DNA from: an uncultured virus (IMG/VR IMGVR_UViG_3300020044_003647)
Taxonomy: Duplodnaviria; Heunggongvirae; Uroviricota; Caudoviricetes
Strand: one strand, 5' to 3'
IMG/VR virus record: IMGVR_UViG_3300020044_003647
Length of the DNA stretch: 20,000 bases
In this document: one piece after another, positions 7,721-16,008 of the stretch
Numbering within the stretch: position 1 is the stretch's first letter
Layout of the letters: the number at the start of each line of letters is the position of its first letter
Made by a program: the position numbers and the translations under genes
The notes under the pieces: model-generated
Database searches by the model: none
Told to the model about the DNA's origin: nothing
What the model saw: the letters and a program-made list of their open reading frames with translations, nothing else

Positions 7721-10181
7721 ATTGATTGATTTGGATTTGAATAGTTGTTGAAACTGCGCCTTGAAAGTACTCTAGTAATACATTATCAGTTCGATTAACT
7801 CCAGTTGTATTTGCTGGAACTGCAACATTTAAAAGCCCATCTTCGTAAACATTTCCACCGCTTGTGTAAGTCCCTACTAAGTATCCCGTTGCTAGTTTTG
7901 AACGCCACAAATCAAAGTCTTTTAAGAATACTTGCAACTCGATTGATTGTGCTGTATTGTCAAGAGTCATTGTTTGAATGTTTGTTAATCTTAAAATCTC
8001 GCTTCCTATTTGCGATGGTTCGCTATTGTCTAAAATCAACTCAAAGGAAGTTTCCCCCGTAGTTAATTCGGGTGTCATTGTGTTAATGATATACCTTTTA
8101 TTTGAAACTATTAATTTATCTTTTAACTTGATTGAACAAATCAAAGAAGTTGGAAGCATAGCTTTTAATTTAAGTATTCTAGTACGTTGGTTAAATAAAT
8201 TTTCAATATAATCTGAATAAAATTTATCGTATAATCCTGTAAAATTGATATCTAAAAACCAAGATGAAATTTCAGCACCCCAATTTAAAGATTGAACGTA
8301 ACTTAAATCTGTACTTGCTAAAGGCAACTCATTGTTAAACCTAACATATTCCGATATGTTATTTGTATTTGTAGTATCTGATATTTTAATGTCGGGAGTT
8401 ACTGGCTGCACCCCATTGCAATAAATTAAACTCGGCTTTGGAACGTATGCGTTATTGTCTTTATTAAACATTGTCGCAGTGATAAAATCCGTTCCGGTTT
8501 CGCGGTCAAACATAAAATTTTCAAAAGGTAAAGCCACCTCATAAGTTTCCGCAAAGGCACTATTTTGATTTTCAAAATTTAAGTCGCCATATTCTTTGTT
8601 GAATAAACCTCGATAAATTTCATTTAAAGCATTTTCAGACTTTTGGTATTTGAACGATATACGTTTGAATAATTGTGGAGGGTTTATGTCGATTGAATCT
8701 GTAATTACATATTCTGTAACATCTACATTTACGCCATCTAAATAATAATCAGGCAACGGCTGTAAATTAAATGAAGTATCAGATGTTGGAATTACCATCA
8801 AATTAAACATCTTAATCAATCCCTCCATAAATGAAACAACGGTTATATCGGGAACAAATGATTTTATATCAATATTTGATACTGTTGTTTGTGATGGGCT
8901 TGTGGCTGTTAATTTTTGATATTCAGAATATACACCAGTCGAGTAAAAACCTACTCTTCTTTTTCTTTGAATTAACTCACTTGTAAAAGTTATACCTAAT
9001 TCCGAACTTACAAAAAAAGTAAATAAATATTCTGGACCAAGGTTACTCACATTTATTAAGTAATTTATATTTCCGACTCGGTTTAATATAGATGTAAATA
9101 ATACTCCATTATTATAAACATAAACATTGTAAGGATTTGTTGATGCTGTTGTAATTTTTAAACTTAATTCTCTATTTATAAAAATTGTATTGTTAATTGG
9201 TGTTGCTGGTGGATTGTAAAATTGATTTATAGCGTTAAAATTATAAGTCAATAAATCTGTTGTTAAATCTAAATCATCAAACCCCGCTCCTATTTCTGTG
9301 TCTATAAAAGCGCCAAATACATCTTCAATAATTGTGTCAGATGCTTTAGCAGTAAAGTCAATTTTTATTTGTTCAGGTCTAATCGTAAATTCATCTTGAT
9401 TTTTAAGATAAAGAAACAATTTGCTAAAAGTCAAACTTTGAATAAATGCCCCAGTAAAAGTAATTCCGTACGCGCCTTGAATATACTCTAAAATTTTTGT
9501 TACTCTTATGGCTGGAAATATCTCGTTAAATAATAATTTACCCGCAGTCGTTGAAATATTATCCGCTGCGGTTGCTCCTGCTGCTAAAAATAATCTTCTT
9601 TTAGTTCCTATTAATGGGTAAAGTATATCGTAGTTATCATCCGTAACCCTTGCTTGAACATTTGTAAGGTCGTAAAGGTGATTTAACTCATCGTAGTAAC
9701 TAATTCTCGCGCCATCCTCAAAGTAAGCTAGTGAGTTTAATTTGTCGTCTTTAAAACGCTCTTTTAATTGTACTAAATTACCCGTAAAATTTATCGAGTA
9801 ACTTTCAATTTTATTGTCTGTTTTCTTACTGCCCTTTAAAGACCACTTTCCAAACCTAAAAGGAATAGTGTCAATTTCAATATATCCAAAATACGTTATT
9901 CTGTGGTCAAATGCATCGGTTAAACTCAAAGGATTGTCGATTGTTGTCGCCCCTACTTCGCTATTATACCAATGGTAAAGAATTTTGTTATTATGGCTCG
10001 ATGCTGGAATAGTAAATGCCTTTGAATAGTCCGTAAAAATCTTACCTAAATCCCTAAAATTTTGAATGGATGAAGTAACGGAAATTGATTCATCCGCAAA
10101 CAATTCCAAACGGTGTCTAATTGGCGTTATAACGTCATCAATTAACTCGTCGATATAAATGTATAGTGCAACGTTTTTCAT
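7713..10181 (-). CDS. Tail tip / baseplate hub-like structural protein
   Basis: 822 aa with N-terminal LELFADESI..SIQNFRDLGKIFTDYSKAFTIPAS, PDITVVSFMEGLIKMFNL, and C-terminal LKDKLIVSNKRYIIN. Adjacent to tape measure. Confidence 0.65.
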   Translation of the reverse strand: MKNVALYIYIDELIDDVITPIRHRLELFADESISVTSSIQNFRDLGKIFTDYSKAFTIPASSHNNKILYHWYNSEVGATTIDNPLSLTDAFDHRITYFGYIEIDTIPFRFGKWSLKGSKKTDNKIESYSINFTGNLVQLKERFKDDKLNSLAYFEDGARISYYDELNHLYDLTNVQARVTDDNYDILYPLIGTKRRLFLAAGATAADNISTTAGKLLFNEIFPAIRVTKILEYIQGAYGITFTGAFIQSLTFSKLFLYLKNQDEFTIRPEQIKIDFTAKASDTIIEDVFGAFIDTEIGAGFDDLDLTTDLLTYNFNAINQFYNPPATPINNTIFINRELSLKITTASTNPYNVYVYNNGVLFTSILNRVGNINYLINVSNLGPEYLFTFFVSSELGITFTSELIQRKRRVGFYSTGVYSEYQKLTATSPSQTTVSNIDIKSFVPDITVVSFMEGLIKMFNLMVIPTSDTSFNLQPLPDYYLDGVNVDVTEYVITDSIDINPPQLFKRISFKYQKSENALNEIYRGLFNKEYGDLNFENQNSAFAETYEVALPFENFMFDRETGTDFITATMFNKDNNAYVPKPSLIYCNGVQPVTPDIKISDTTNTNNISEYVRFNNELPLASTDLSYVQSLNWGAEISSWFLDINFTGLYDKFYSDYIENLFNQRTRILKLKAMLPTSLICSIKLKDKLIVSNKRYIINTMTPELTTGETSFELILDNSEPSQIGSEILRLTNIQTMTLDNTAQSIELQVFLKDFDLWRSKLATGYLVGTYTSGGNVYEDGLLNVAVPANTTGVNRTDNVLLEYFQGAVSTTIQIQINQYA

Positions 10182-11273
10182 TTAATCTACATCGTTTATT
10201 AAGTTAAATGCGTACTCAAAATTCATCTCGTAGTTAATCATTTTATCTCTTAACCTAGTTTTCTTTTGGATTGATTTGTCTTTTAGCGTTGCTGGTTCGT
10301 TATCGAGTAGTATAGTTTCGCTAGATAGTAGTTCAACAAGTAACTCGATTGTGTTTTCATCCACCCACCCAGTATTAAGTTTAACAGTTTGCTTTAAATC
10401 AAAGTTAAACTCTTTCTTTTGCCCTCTTAATGGGTTGTAATCAACTGCATCAGCTAACAAATTAAATCCTTTGCTCTTTACTTCATAGCTATCTGTACGT
10501 GCTTTAAAGAATGTTAGGTATTGCCATCCGCCTTTTGAGTTTATAAACGTGCATTTAATCGGAGTGTAAAGACAATCATCACCATTTAAGAAGTAAACGA
10601 ACGGTTGTGCTGGAACTGCTCCCGAAGTATCAAGTCTAACTTGTACGCTATTTCCACCTGCTAAATCGGGATCGCTAGTTCGATAAGGTACTTTTAACAT
10701 AAATATTCCAGCAGGGTCAGTATCTTTATCAAGTACAACCACGTTTTCAATCGTTGCGGCTGCTAAATTTCTATAACGGTAAACCAAATTAAAACCATCT
10801 GCTGGGTCATAATCAACTAGCACGTTAAAATATTGGTTGTCATCGGCTCTGTAAATATTCACATCTGCATTTGTCAAGCAAATAACGTCTTCTGTTAATG
10901 ATTGATTGTAACCACCTTGATAATTGTTATATCCATTTACTGCGACAAATCCTTGCTCTTCTAATGAAGTCCATTCATCTGTTAAATTTACTTTCCAATA
11001 GGTATTAACTGTAACTAATCGCCACATATTAGCATCTTCATCCGTTGGAGTGATTGCGCTAGGTGCGATGTTCTCAATATCATCTTTTATGTAAGGGGAA
11101 ATATTAAACCAACAATCCCGATTAACTGTGTCAGGTATTTGCTTTTCTAGCGTTACTGTTTTGGTTGGTAACACTCCAGCAGGGTCAGCTATATCAACTA
11201 CGCATCTAGTGTAAACCTGCGTAGCTTCATCAACTAAAATTTTATAAGGACTTCGAACAAATATTACTTTCAT
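10182..11273 (-). CDS. Tail structural protein (distal-tail-like)
   Basis: 363 aa with VRSPY, FNISPYIKD, FINSKGGWQYLTF and LNTGWVDE motifs. In the tail cluster, ATGA-coupled to the upstream gene. Confidence 0.55.
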   Translation of the reverse strand: MKVIFVRSPYKILVDEATQVYTRCVVDIADPAGVLPTKTVTLEKQIPDTVNRDCWFNISPYIKDDIENIAPSAITPTDEDANMWRLVTVNTYWKVNLTDEWTSLEEQGFVAVNGYNNYQGGYNQSLTEDVICLTNADVNIYRADDNQYFNVLVDYDPADGFNLVYRYRNLAAATIENVVVLDKDTDPAGIFMLKVPYRTSDPDLAGGNSVQVRLDTSGAVPAQPFVYFLNGDDCLYTPIKCTFINSKGGWQYLTFFKARTDSYEVKSKGFNLLADAVDYNPLRGQKKEFNFDLKQTVKLNTGWVDENTIELLVELLSSETILLDNEPATLKDKSIQKKTRLRDKMINYEMNFEYAFNLINDVD

Positions 11274-11797
11274 TTTGTTGTAAATTTTAACAAATTATCT
11301 AAATCTAAATCAAACGCTTCTACTAATTCATCAGGCAAATTTTTAAAAGCACTTTCAAATGGTTTGGTAAAAAATAAACTCGGCTTTATACCTTGTGCAA
11401 ATATTCGATTAGCCAGTATAATTCCTATCGTTTCGTAATTGCCTTTTTTATACCTACCCTTTTCATCTCTTAATCTTATATTTTTAGCTTTTGCCCACTC
11501 GCTAATAAATTTACTCGGTGGTCTTTTGTTCTTAAAACTAAAGGGAGCGTTAGGTGCTTTTTGTTTGCCTCCTTTCACTAAATTAGGGTTCGCACCTTTC
11601 ACTCCCTGATCTTGAAACGCTCCGTAATTTTCCATCTCAAACGATAACGAAAAACTATTTTTACTAGCGTTTAAATCTGCTTTTATGCTATCATATAACT
11701 TACTAGATACTTTCTTGCCACCTTTTGTTAAATTGGCTTTAGATTGCGTTACTACGTGTTTTGCAAATCTATTAAGTACCTTATCTAAGTTTAACAT
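11270..11797 (-). CDS. Tail completion/neck protein (HK97 gp10-like)
   Basis: Basic 175 aa with SSKLYDSI, YGAFQDQGVKG, PPSKFISEWAK and GIKPSLFFTKPF. Confidence 0.6.
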   Translation of the reverse strand: MLNLDKVLNRFAKHVVTQSKANLTKGGKKVSSKLYDSIKADLNASKNSFSLSFEMENYGAFQDQGVKGANPNLVKGGKQKAPNAPFSFKNKRPPSKFISEWAKAKNIRLRDEKGRYKKGNYETIGIILANRIFAQGIKPSLFFTKPFESAFKNLPDELVEAFDLDLDNLLKFTTK

Positions 11798-12219
11798 ATT
11801 GTCATCGTGTTTGGAACTACGACCGTAAACGATTGCTCAACTCCTGCTAAATTATTCTCAAACCTTTCTGTAAATAAAGTAGATGCAGAAGTATCTTGTA
11901 ACTCCCAGTTATTCTCGCTTAAACTGCCTCGTCTTATGCTGCCCAATATTCTAAGTATTAATTCGCTTTGAGTATTCCAAATATTATTTTTATTTGTGAT
12001 AGGCGTTTTTGTTTCATCGATTATATCCATACATAACACACTAAAAGATACTGCAACTGTACTACCTAAATCTTGAAAACCAGTACACATAACATGAGTT
12101 AAAGGAAATATAGTAACCTTGTTTAAATCCACATCAAATATATCTCCATCGGTTGCCGTATTGCAAAAAGGCTCATTTAAAAATGATTGTTTAAGTGTGT
12201 TAATTGTTTCCGCTACCAT
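11791..12219 (-). CDS. Putative tail terminator protein
   Basis: 142 aa acidic with FPLTHV and FTERFENNLAGV motifs, next to the neck gene. Confidence 0.5.
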   Translation of the reverse strand: MVAETINTLKQSFLNEPFCNTATDGDIFDVDLNKVTIFPLTHVMCTGFQDLGSTVAVSFSVLCMDIIDETKTPITNKNNIWNTQSELILRILGSIRRGSLSENNWELQDTSASTLFTERFENNLAGVEQSFTVVVPNTMTIC

Positions 12220-12472
12220 TGCTTTTTATTTTTGCTATTTCTATTTGATTCTTTTCGCTTTCGTATGATAACCACGTTAAAGCCTTATGTATATTTAATT
12301 CAGTTGCGTCATCAATTTTGAAAGCGTCTCCTTTGGCGATTGCATAAAAGCTATTATACCATCCCCATTTTCTAAAGAACTGGCTTTCTCGACTATAATC
12401 GCCTTGTCCGACTGTGGTAGTTGCTCCAAATAATCCATCGTAACGCTCAACAATTCTTTGCTTAAATTGTAA
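12200..12472 (-). CDS. -1 frameshift extension (gpGT-like; fusion ~253 aa) of the 12295..12960 gene
   Basis: The -1 frame is open for 90 codons from the T9 run: LQFKQRIVERYDGLFG...QFFRKWGWYNSFYAIAKGDAFKIDDATELNIHKALTWLSYESEKNQIEIAKIKSNGSGNN*. It contains no ATG and covers the otherwise empty gap 12220-12294. Confidence 0.75.
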   Translation of the reverse strand, partial: LQFKQRIVERYDGLFGATTTVGQGDYSRESQFFRKWGWYNSFYAIAKGDAFKIDDATELNIHKALTWLSYESEKNQIEIAKIKSNGSGNN

Positions 12473-12960
12473 AAAAAAACCTGCACCGCTAGAACTATTG
12501 CAACTGGCGTGTCTTTCATTGTTTCAGCGTATTGCTCTGTGCCTTTGTATGGTTCAATATCATAAAACTTTGCTAACTTCTTTGTAACAGGTCGATATAA
12601 AACCGCTATACATTTATGCCATTGCTCCACGTCTGAATTATAATCATCTAAATCGGCAAACTCTCCAGCACTCATATCGTCAAAGTTAGGTATTAAACCA
12701 AACTCAATGTTATTAATTGTAAATCTAGAAATCAATTCAGGACTTCCGTTAAACAATTCAATCAGTCCGTTGTAAACTTCATCGATTGAACTAAGTAACA
12801 TTTGTCTTACATCTTTCATTTCTACATTGCAGAATATTGAAACGGTTTTCTGTCTTACAAACTCACTATCGGGATTGTTAGTTATTAGCTTATAAAACTT
12901 TTGATACTGCCCTAACGTAATCTCATTTAATGATTCAGGAACTATTAAATTTGCTTTCAT
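12295..12960 (-). CDS. Putative tail assembly chaperone (gpG-like)
   Basis: 221 aa with ITLGQYQ, FGLIPNFDDMSAGEFADLD and AVLYRP. Contains a slippery T9 with an open -1 frame. Confidence 0.65.
   Translation of the reverse strand: MKANLIVPESLNEITLGQYQKFYKLITNNPDSEFVRQKTVSIFCNVEMKDVRQMLLSSIDEVYNGLIELFNGSPELISRFTINNIEFGLIPNFDDMSAGEFADLDDYNSDVEQWHKCIAVLYRPVTKKLAKFYDIEPYKGTEQYAETMKDTPVAIVLAVQVFFYNLSKELLSVTMDYLEQLPQSDKAIIVEKASSLENGDGIIAFMQSPKETLSKLMTQLN
12471..12480 (-). promoter_or_regulatory. Slippery site G TTT TTT TTT (codons V161-F162-F163-Y164)
   Basis: The + strand has A9 at 12471-12479. T TTT TTT fits the X XXY YYZ -1 frameshift consensus in the correct phase. Confidence 0.75.
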
Positions 12961-12964
12961 AATC

Positions 12965-12991
12965 TATTATCGTTTTTATTAGTGTTTTGTT
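12965..12991 (-). promoter_or_regulatory. Putative phage late promoter AACAAAA-N11-ACGATAATA (copy 3)
   Basis: Fills the 36-nt gap between the TerL stop and ATG 12960, ending 4 nt before the ATG. Confidence 0.8.
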
Positions 12992-12996
12992 GCACG

Positions 12997-14202
12997 TTAA
13001 TATACGTGATATATTCCTTGATTTGGTTTACCGATTAAATCCCATACAGCATAACCTATTGCATCGAGTGCGTGATTGTAGTCATCTATTGGCGTTTGCG
13101 ACTTCTTATCGTGCCAAACGTAGTTATTAATTTCTTTTATAATATTGATGCTGTCAGGACTTATAATCAATTCATAATCTTGCATAAGTGCAACCCTATC
13201 AACTATTTTAGGCTTGTCAATTCCACGAATGTTTAACCCTCGACTTCTTAACTCCTCAATCAATCTCGGCTCGGCACTATCAGCAATTATCAAATCTCTA
13301 TGTCCGCAGTATCGATTGTTTTCAATGTAGATTTCGCTTGTGGTTAACTTTGGTTTGTAAAGTAATTCTTTGCAGAAAATCCTTTTGTTTGCTTTGTCGA
13401 TTGATATTTTAACTAGCGTTGTAGGATCAACACTAAATCCAAAATCTTGACCGTATGCCGTGAGGTTTTGTTCTGCGAAGTTATCAATACGCCAGTTGGT
13501 AAATATAACACCCTCTGCTTTATCTAACCAACCGCCTAATATTTGATGTTTGTATTTTTTAGGGTTGTTCTTTTCAATGCTTAACACTTCATCGATAAAC
13601 GACTGGTCCAAGTGTTTAATGTTATCTCGGTAATCAGTATGAATATAAGTTACATCATCTTTAATTCCGTTAAACCTTTCGGGTATTCCTTTTGATTCAA
13701 AAAACCTTTGATAAATCCAATGCTCTTTTGTCGATGGATTCAATATTAGTATGATTCTATTCTGTTTACCCTTTTGCCTTATGGATAGGTTTATTTTATC
13801 AAATGTTGCCTCGTCTGTAAGTTCTTCAGCTTCATCTAATATCCACGTTGTAACGCCTTGTAATGATTTGAGGTTAGCTGTTTGATCGCCTGATGAAGTC
13901 TTTAAACCTCTAAATATAATTTCGCTCTTTGACTTCTTATTTATAATCTCGGACTTTGTTACATCAAAAATCTCATTCGCTTGCATTAAATCTATCTTTT
14001 CCTGAAACTCAGGTATAATTGAAAGGTGCGCAGATGTCATTGTTTGGCGTGTAAATAGTATTTTATGATTTGCTTCAAACGACAAAAGGCTGGCAAAAGT
14101 GCCAACCCCGAAAGACTTTGCAGAACCACGCCCGCCAGTTATAATATAATACCTCGTTTCATTTTGAAATAACGATTGGTATTTATGGTTTAAGATTATC
14201 AA
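12997..14202 (-). CDS. terL: Terminase large subunit (PBSX-family-like)
   Basis: Walker A GGRGSAKS, Walker B WILDEAEE, LNP motif, nuclease motifs YGQDFGFSVDP, ADSAEP and YNHALDA. Confidence 0.95.
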   Translation of the reverse strand: MIILNHKYQSLFQNETRYYIITGGRGSAKSFGVGTFASLLSFEANHKILFTRQTMTSAHLSIIPEFQEKIDLMQANEIFDVTKSEIINKKSKSEIIFRGLKTSSGDQTANLKSLQGVTTWILDEAEELTDEATFDKINLSIRQKGKQNRIILILNPSTKEHWIYQRFFESKGIPERFNGIKDDVTYIHTDYRDNIKHLDQSFIDEVLSIEKNNPKKYKHQILGGWLDKAEGVIFTNWRIDNFAEQNLTAYGQDFGFSVDPTTLVKISIDKANKRIFCKELLYKPKLTTSEIYIENNRYCGHRDLIIADSAEPRLIEELRSRGLNIRGIDKPKIVDRVALMQDYELIISPDSINIIKEINNYVWHDKKSQTPIDDYNHALDAIGYAVWDLIGKPNQGIYHVY

Positions 14203-14476
14203 ATTGAATAACGTCTTTTATATTAAAATCGTTTAAAGTAACGTTTGTATTATTGTCGATGGTTTGTTTTGGCAAACTAAAGAAATATTTAAACCATAAT
14301 TCAATAGCCCATTTTTCACCTGCTTTTATTGCTGTTTCCAAACACTTTAACGCATCAGGTAAGAATGGTTTTAAATTCTCATAAGCGTCTTGTAATTCTG
14401 TTTTAGTCAACAATCGTTTGTCATCAGGTCTTTGCGGTGCTGTACTATGCCCTCCGTTGGTTGCTCTCTTATCCAT
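14183..14476 (-). CDS. Putative terminase small subunit
   Basis: 97 aa overlapping the TerL start. N-terminal NGG, helical core (AIKAGEKWAIELW..Y...PKQ) and C-terminal beta tail. Confidence 0.6.
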   Translation of the reverse strand: MDKRATNGGHSTAPQRPDDKRLLTKTELQDAYENLKPFLPDALKCLETAIKAGEKWAIELWFKYFFSLPKQTIDNNTNVTLNDFNIKDVIQFDNLKP

Positions 14477-14500
14477 AATTAATATAAATTAACCAATTAA

Positions 14501-14857
14501 TTATTCTGCCATCGCATTTTTTAAATCTTTCAACACATCACGCCAACAACTTGAACACGTTGTATCAATAGTAAATCCGTAAACATCTTTATAAATGTTA
14601 CTTAATTCTCTTTGTTGAATAGGGTAAATTTGTGTCGGTTGTGTTTCAAAGAATGTAGTTAAGTATTGACGTTGTTCATCTGTTAAACATTGTCTTACTC
14701 TTTTCCCAAAAGGGAATAATTGATTTAACTTCTCTTTGCGTTCTTCGCACCCGCAATCATCGCCTAGTATTGCTTTTGCTACTTTATCAATTCCAGTTGC
14801 TTGTGTAATGCTTTCAACTACATCGCCAAGTCCTTTAGGTTTTCTTCCTCTTTTCAT
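14501..14857 (-). CDS. Conserved phage hypothetical protein with CGC and CxxC motifs
   Basis: KGLGDVVESITQATGI...DCGCEERKEKLN...TCSSCW. ATGA-coupled to the sigma gene. Confidence 0.7.
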   Translation of the reverse strand: MKRGRKPKGLGDVVESITQATGIDKVAKAILGDDCGCEERKEKLNQLFPFGKRVRQCLTDEQRQYLTTFFETQPTQIYPIQQRELSNIYKDVYGFTIDTTCSSCWRDVLKDLKNAMAE

Positions 14858-15276
14858 AATTCTATTTCGTGATTTTCATTTATAAAAATAAGTATTTTTT
14901 TATTGCAATTTTTAATAGTGTTGTAAATACTTGTTAAACTAATATTTACTTCCTTTGCGATATCTCGCATTGACATTCCGTTGTTGATATAAAGAAGATA
15001 TAACTTTCTGTCGTATGGATGCCACGTGTCAATATGTTGGTAAATTTCTTCAGTAATAAACTGTGTAGGCTCAATGTAATAACATTCTCTTTTTTCTTTT
15101 CTGAAATGATCTGCTATTGTATTTCGTAGCACAAAGTAAAATAGGGATTCGTTTACCTTTTCTTTGTCTAGAATTTTAATGTATGAATCTTGTACAAAGT
15201 CCTCAGCTAAATCGTCTGCACCAAATGTTTTAGCGATGTTAATCCATTTAGTATGCTGACTGAATATATGATTCAT
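14854..15276 (-). CDS. Small ECF-type (sigma-70 family) RNA polymerase sigma factor
   Basis: Region 2-like LAEDFVQDSYIKI...YFVLRNTIADHFRK and region 4 HTH DRKLYLLYINNGMSMRDIAKEVNISLTSIYNTIK. Confidence 0.8.
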   Translation of the reverse strand: MNHIFSQHTKWINIAKTFGADDLAEDFVQDSYIKILDKEKVNESLFYFVLRNTIADHFRKEKRECYYIEPTQFITEEIYQHIDTWHPYDRKLYLLYINNGMSMRDIAKEVNISLTSIYNTIKNCNKKILIFINENHEIEL

Positions 15277-15300
15277 TTAAACAAAGGTAACGTTTTTATT

Positions 15301-15540
15301 TTAATTACATATTTTTTCTCCAGCTCTAAAAATACCTTGTTTGGTGAAATTCTTTTGTACTCCTGTACAATCATTTGCCATTACTCCAGAGGTAAAAATT
15401 TCTCCACTTGGCAAATTATAAGTTGTGCCTTGTAAAATTGTCGAACATCTACAATCTGCTTGCGGTTGGTTTGTTGTGCTTTCTTCATCTGTTGAGCAAC
15501 TAGATAACGCTATTGCTAGTAATAAAATTATTCGTTTCAT
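15301..15540 (-). CDS. Small lipoprotein
   Basis: Signal MKRIILLLAIALSS-C (lipobox), then STDEE, plus four further Cys residues. Confidence 0.8.
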   Translation of the reverse strand: MKRIILLLAIALSSCSTDEESTTNQPQADCRCSTILQGTTYNLPSGEIFTSGVMANDCTGVQKNFTKQGIFRAGEKICN

Positions 15541-15552
15541 AATTCAAATGTA

Positions 15553-15759
15553 TTAATTATTTTCTAATGTTTTACTTTTTATTCTTACCCGCACCCAGTC
15601 GGTAACATTTTGCTTTGGATCGAGGTCAATTATATCATCATAAATGGTGTTATCTAAATCGGATTTTCGGCAAATTTGCCTAGCATCGGCAAAGGTTAGG
15701 TTTTCTTGTAAAAGATAAAGTTGGAAGATTTTTTGATCTGTGGTCAGTACTGCAATCAT
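15553..15759 (-). CDS. Hypothetical protein
   Basis: 68-aa ORF, co-oriented and tightly packed with its neighbours. Confidence 0.5.
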   Translation of the reverse strand: MIAVLTTDQKIFQLYLLQENLTFADARQICRKSDLDNTIYDDIIDLDPKQNVTDWVRVRIKSKTLENN

Positions 15760-15765
15760 AGTGTT

Positions 15766-16008
15766 TTATTTAATTGGTTTTAAATTCATTATTCTGTCAT
15801 CAATATAGGGATCTAGCAAACCTTTATTTTCATACTGCAAAACTGCTAGATCTTTATTGTATTGAAATATGTCTTTGGATATTGCCGCAAGTTCGTATTT
15901 ATTATCATTTAATCTAGCGTTATTCAAACTTTCAATAAATGAATTTCTTTCAACTAAATGCCTTTCATAACGATGACCTTTAGCTAACCAACAAGGTACG
16001 TGAATCAT
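15766..16008 (-). CDS. Hypothetical protein (possibly 5'-truncated at the junction)
   Basis: 80-aa ORF. Its start lies at the compositional break, with a T-rich leader unlike the other phage genes. Confidence 0.4.
   Translation of the reverse strand: MIHVPCWLAKGHRYERHLVERNSFIESLNNARLNDNKYELAAISKDIFQYNKDLAVLQYENKGLLDPYIDDRIMNLKPIK

Larger units (their letters stand above)
1..16008 (-). mobile_element. Tailed dsDNA phage (siphovirus-like) packaging/head/tail module, probable Bacteroidota host
   Basis: Contiguous, co-oriented, often overlapping genes for TerS/TerL, protease, capsid, portal, tail tube and tape measure. A-rich leaders without Shine-Dalgarno motifs and a lipoprotein with an acidic patch after the Cys fit Bacteroidota. 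No integrase or att site is visible, so prophage vs free phage is unresolved. Confidence 0.92.

Noticed and set aside
748..8211. Plus-strand ORFs 748-999, 3375-3620, 4092-4322, 5921-6154, 6424-6717, 6761-7063, 7805-8062 and 7978-8211
   Set aside because: Antisense shadows inside well-supported minus-strand structural genes, with no recognisable motifs.
15301..15540. Lipoprotein as an o-spanin
   Set aside because: No adjacent i-spanin, holin or endolysin, and it is not Pro-rich.
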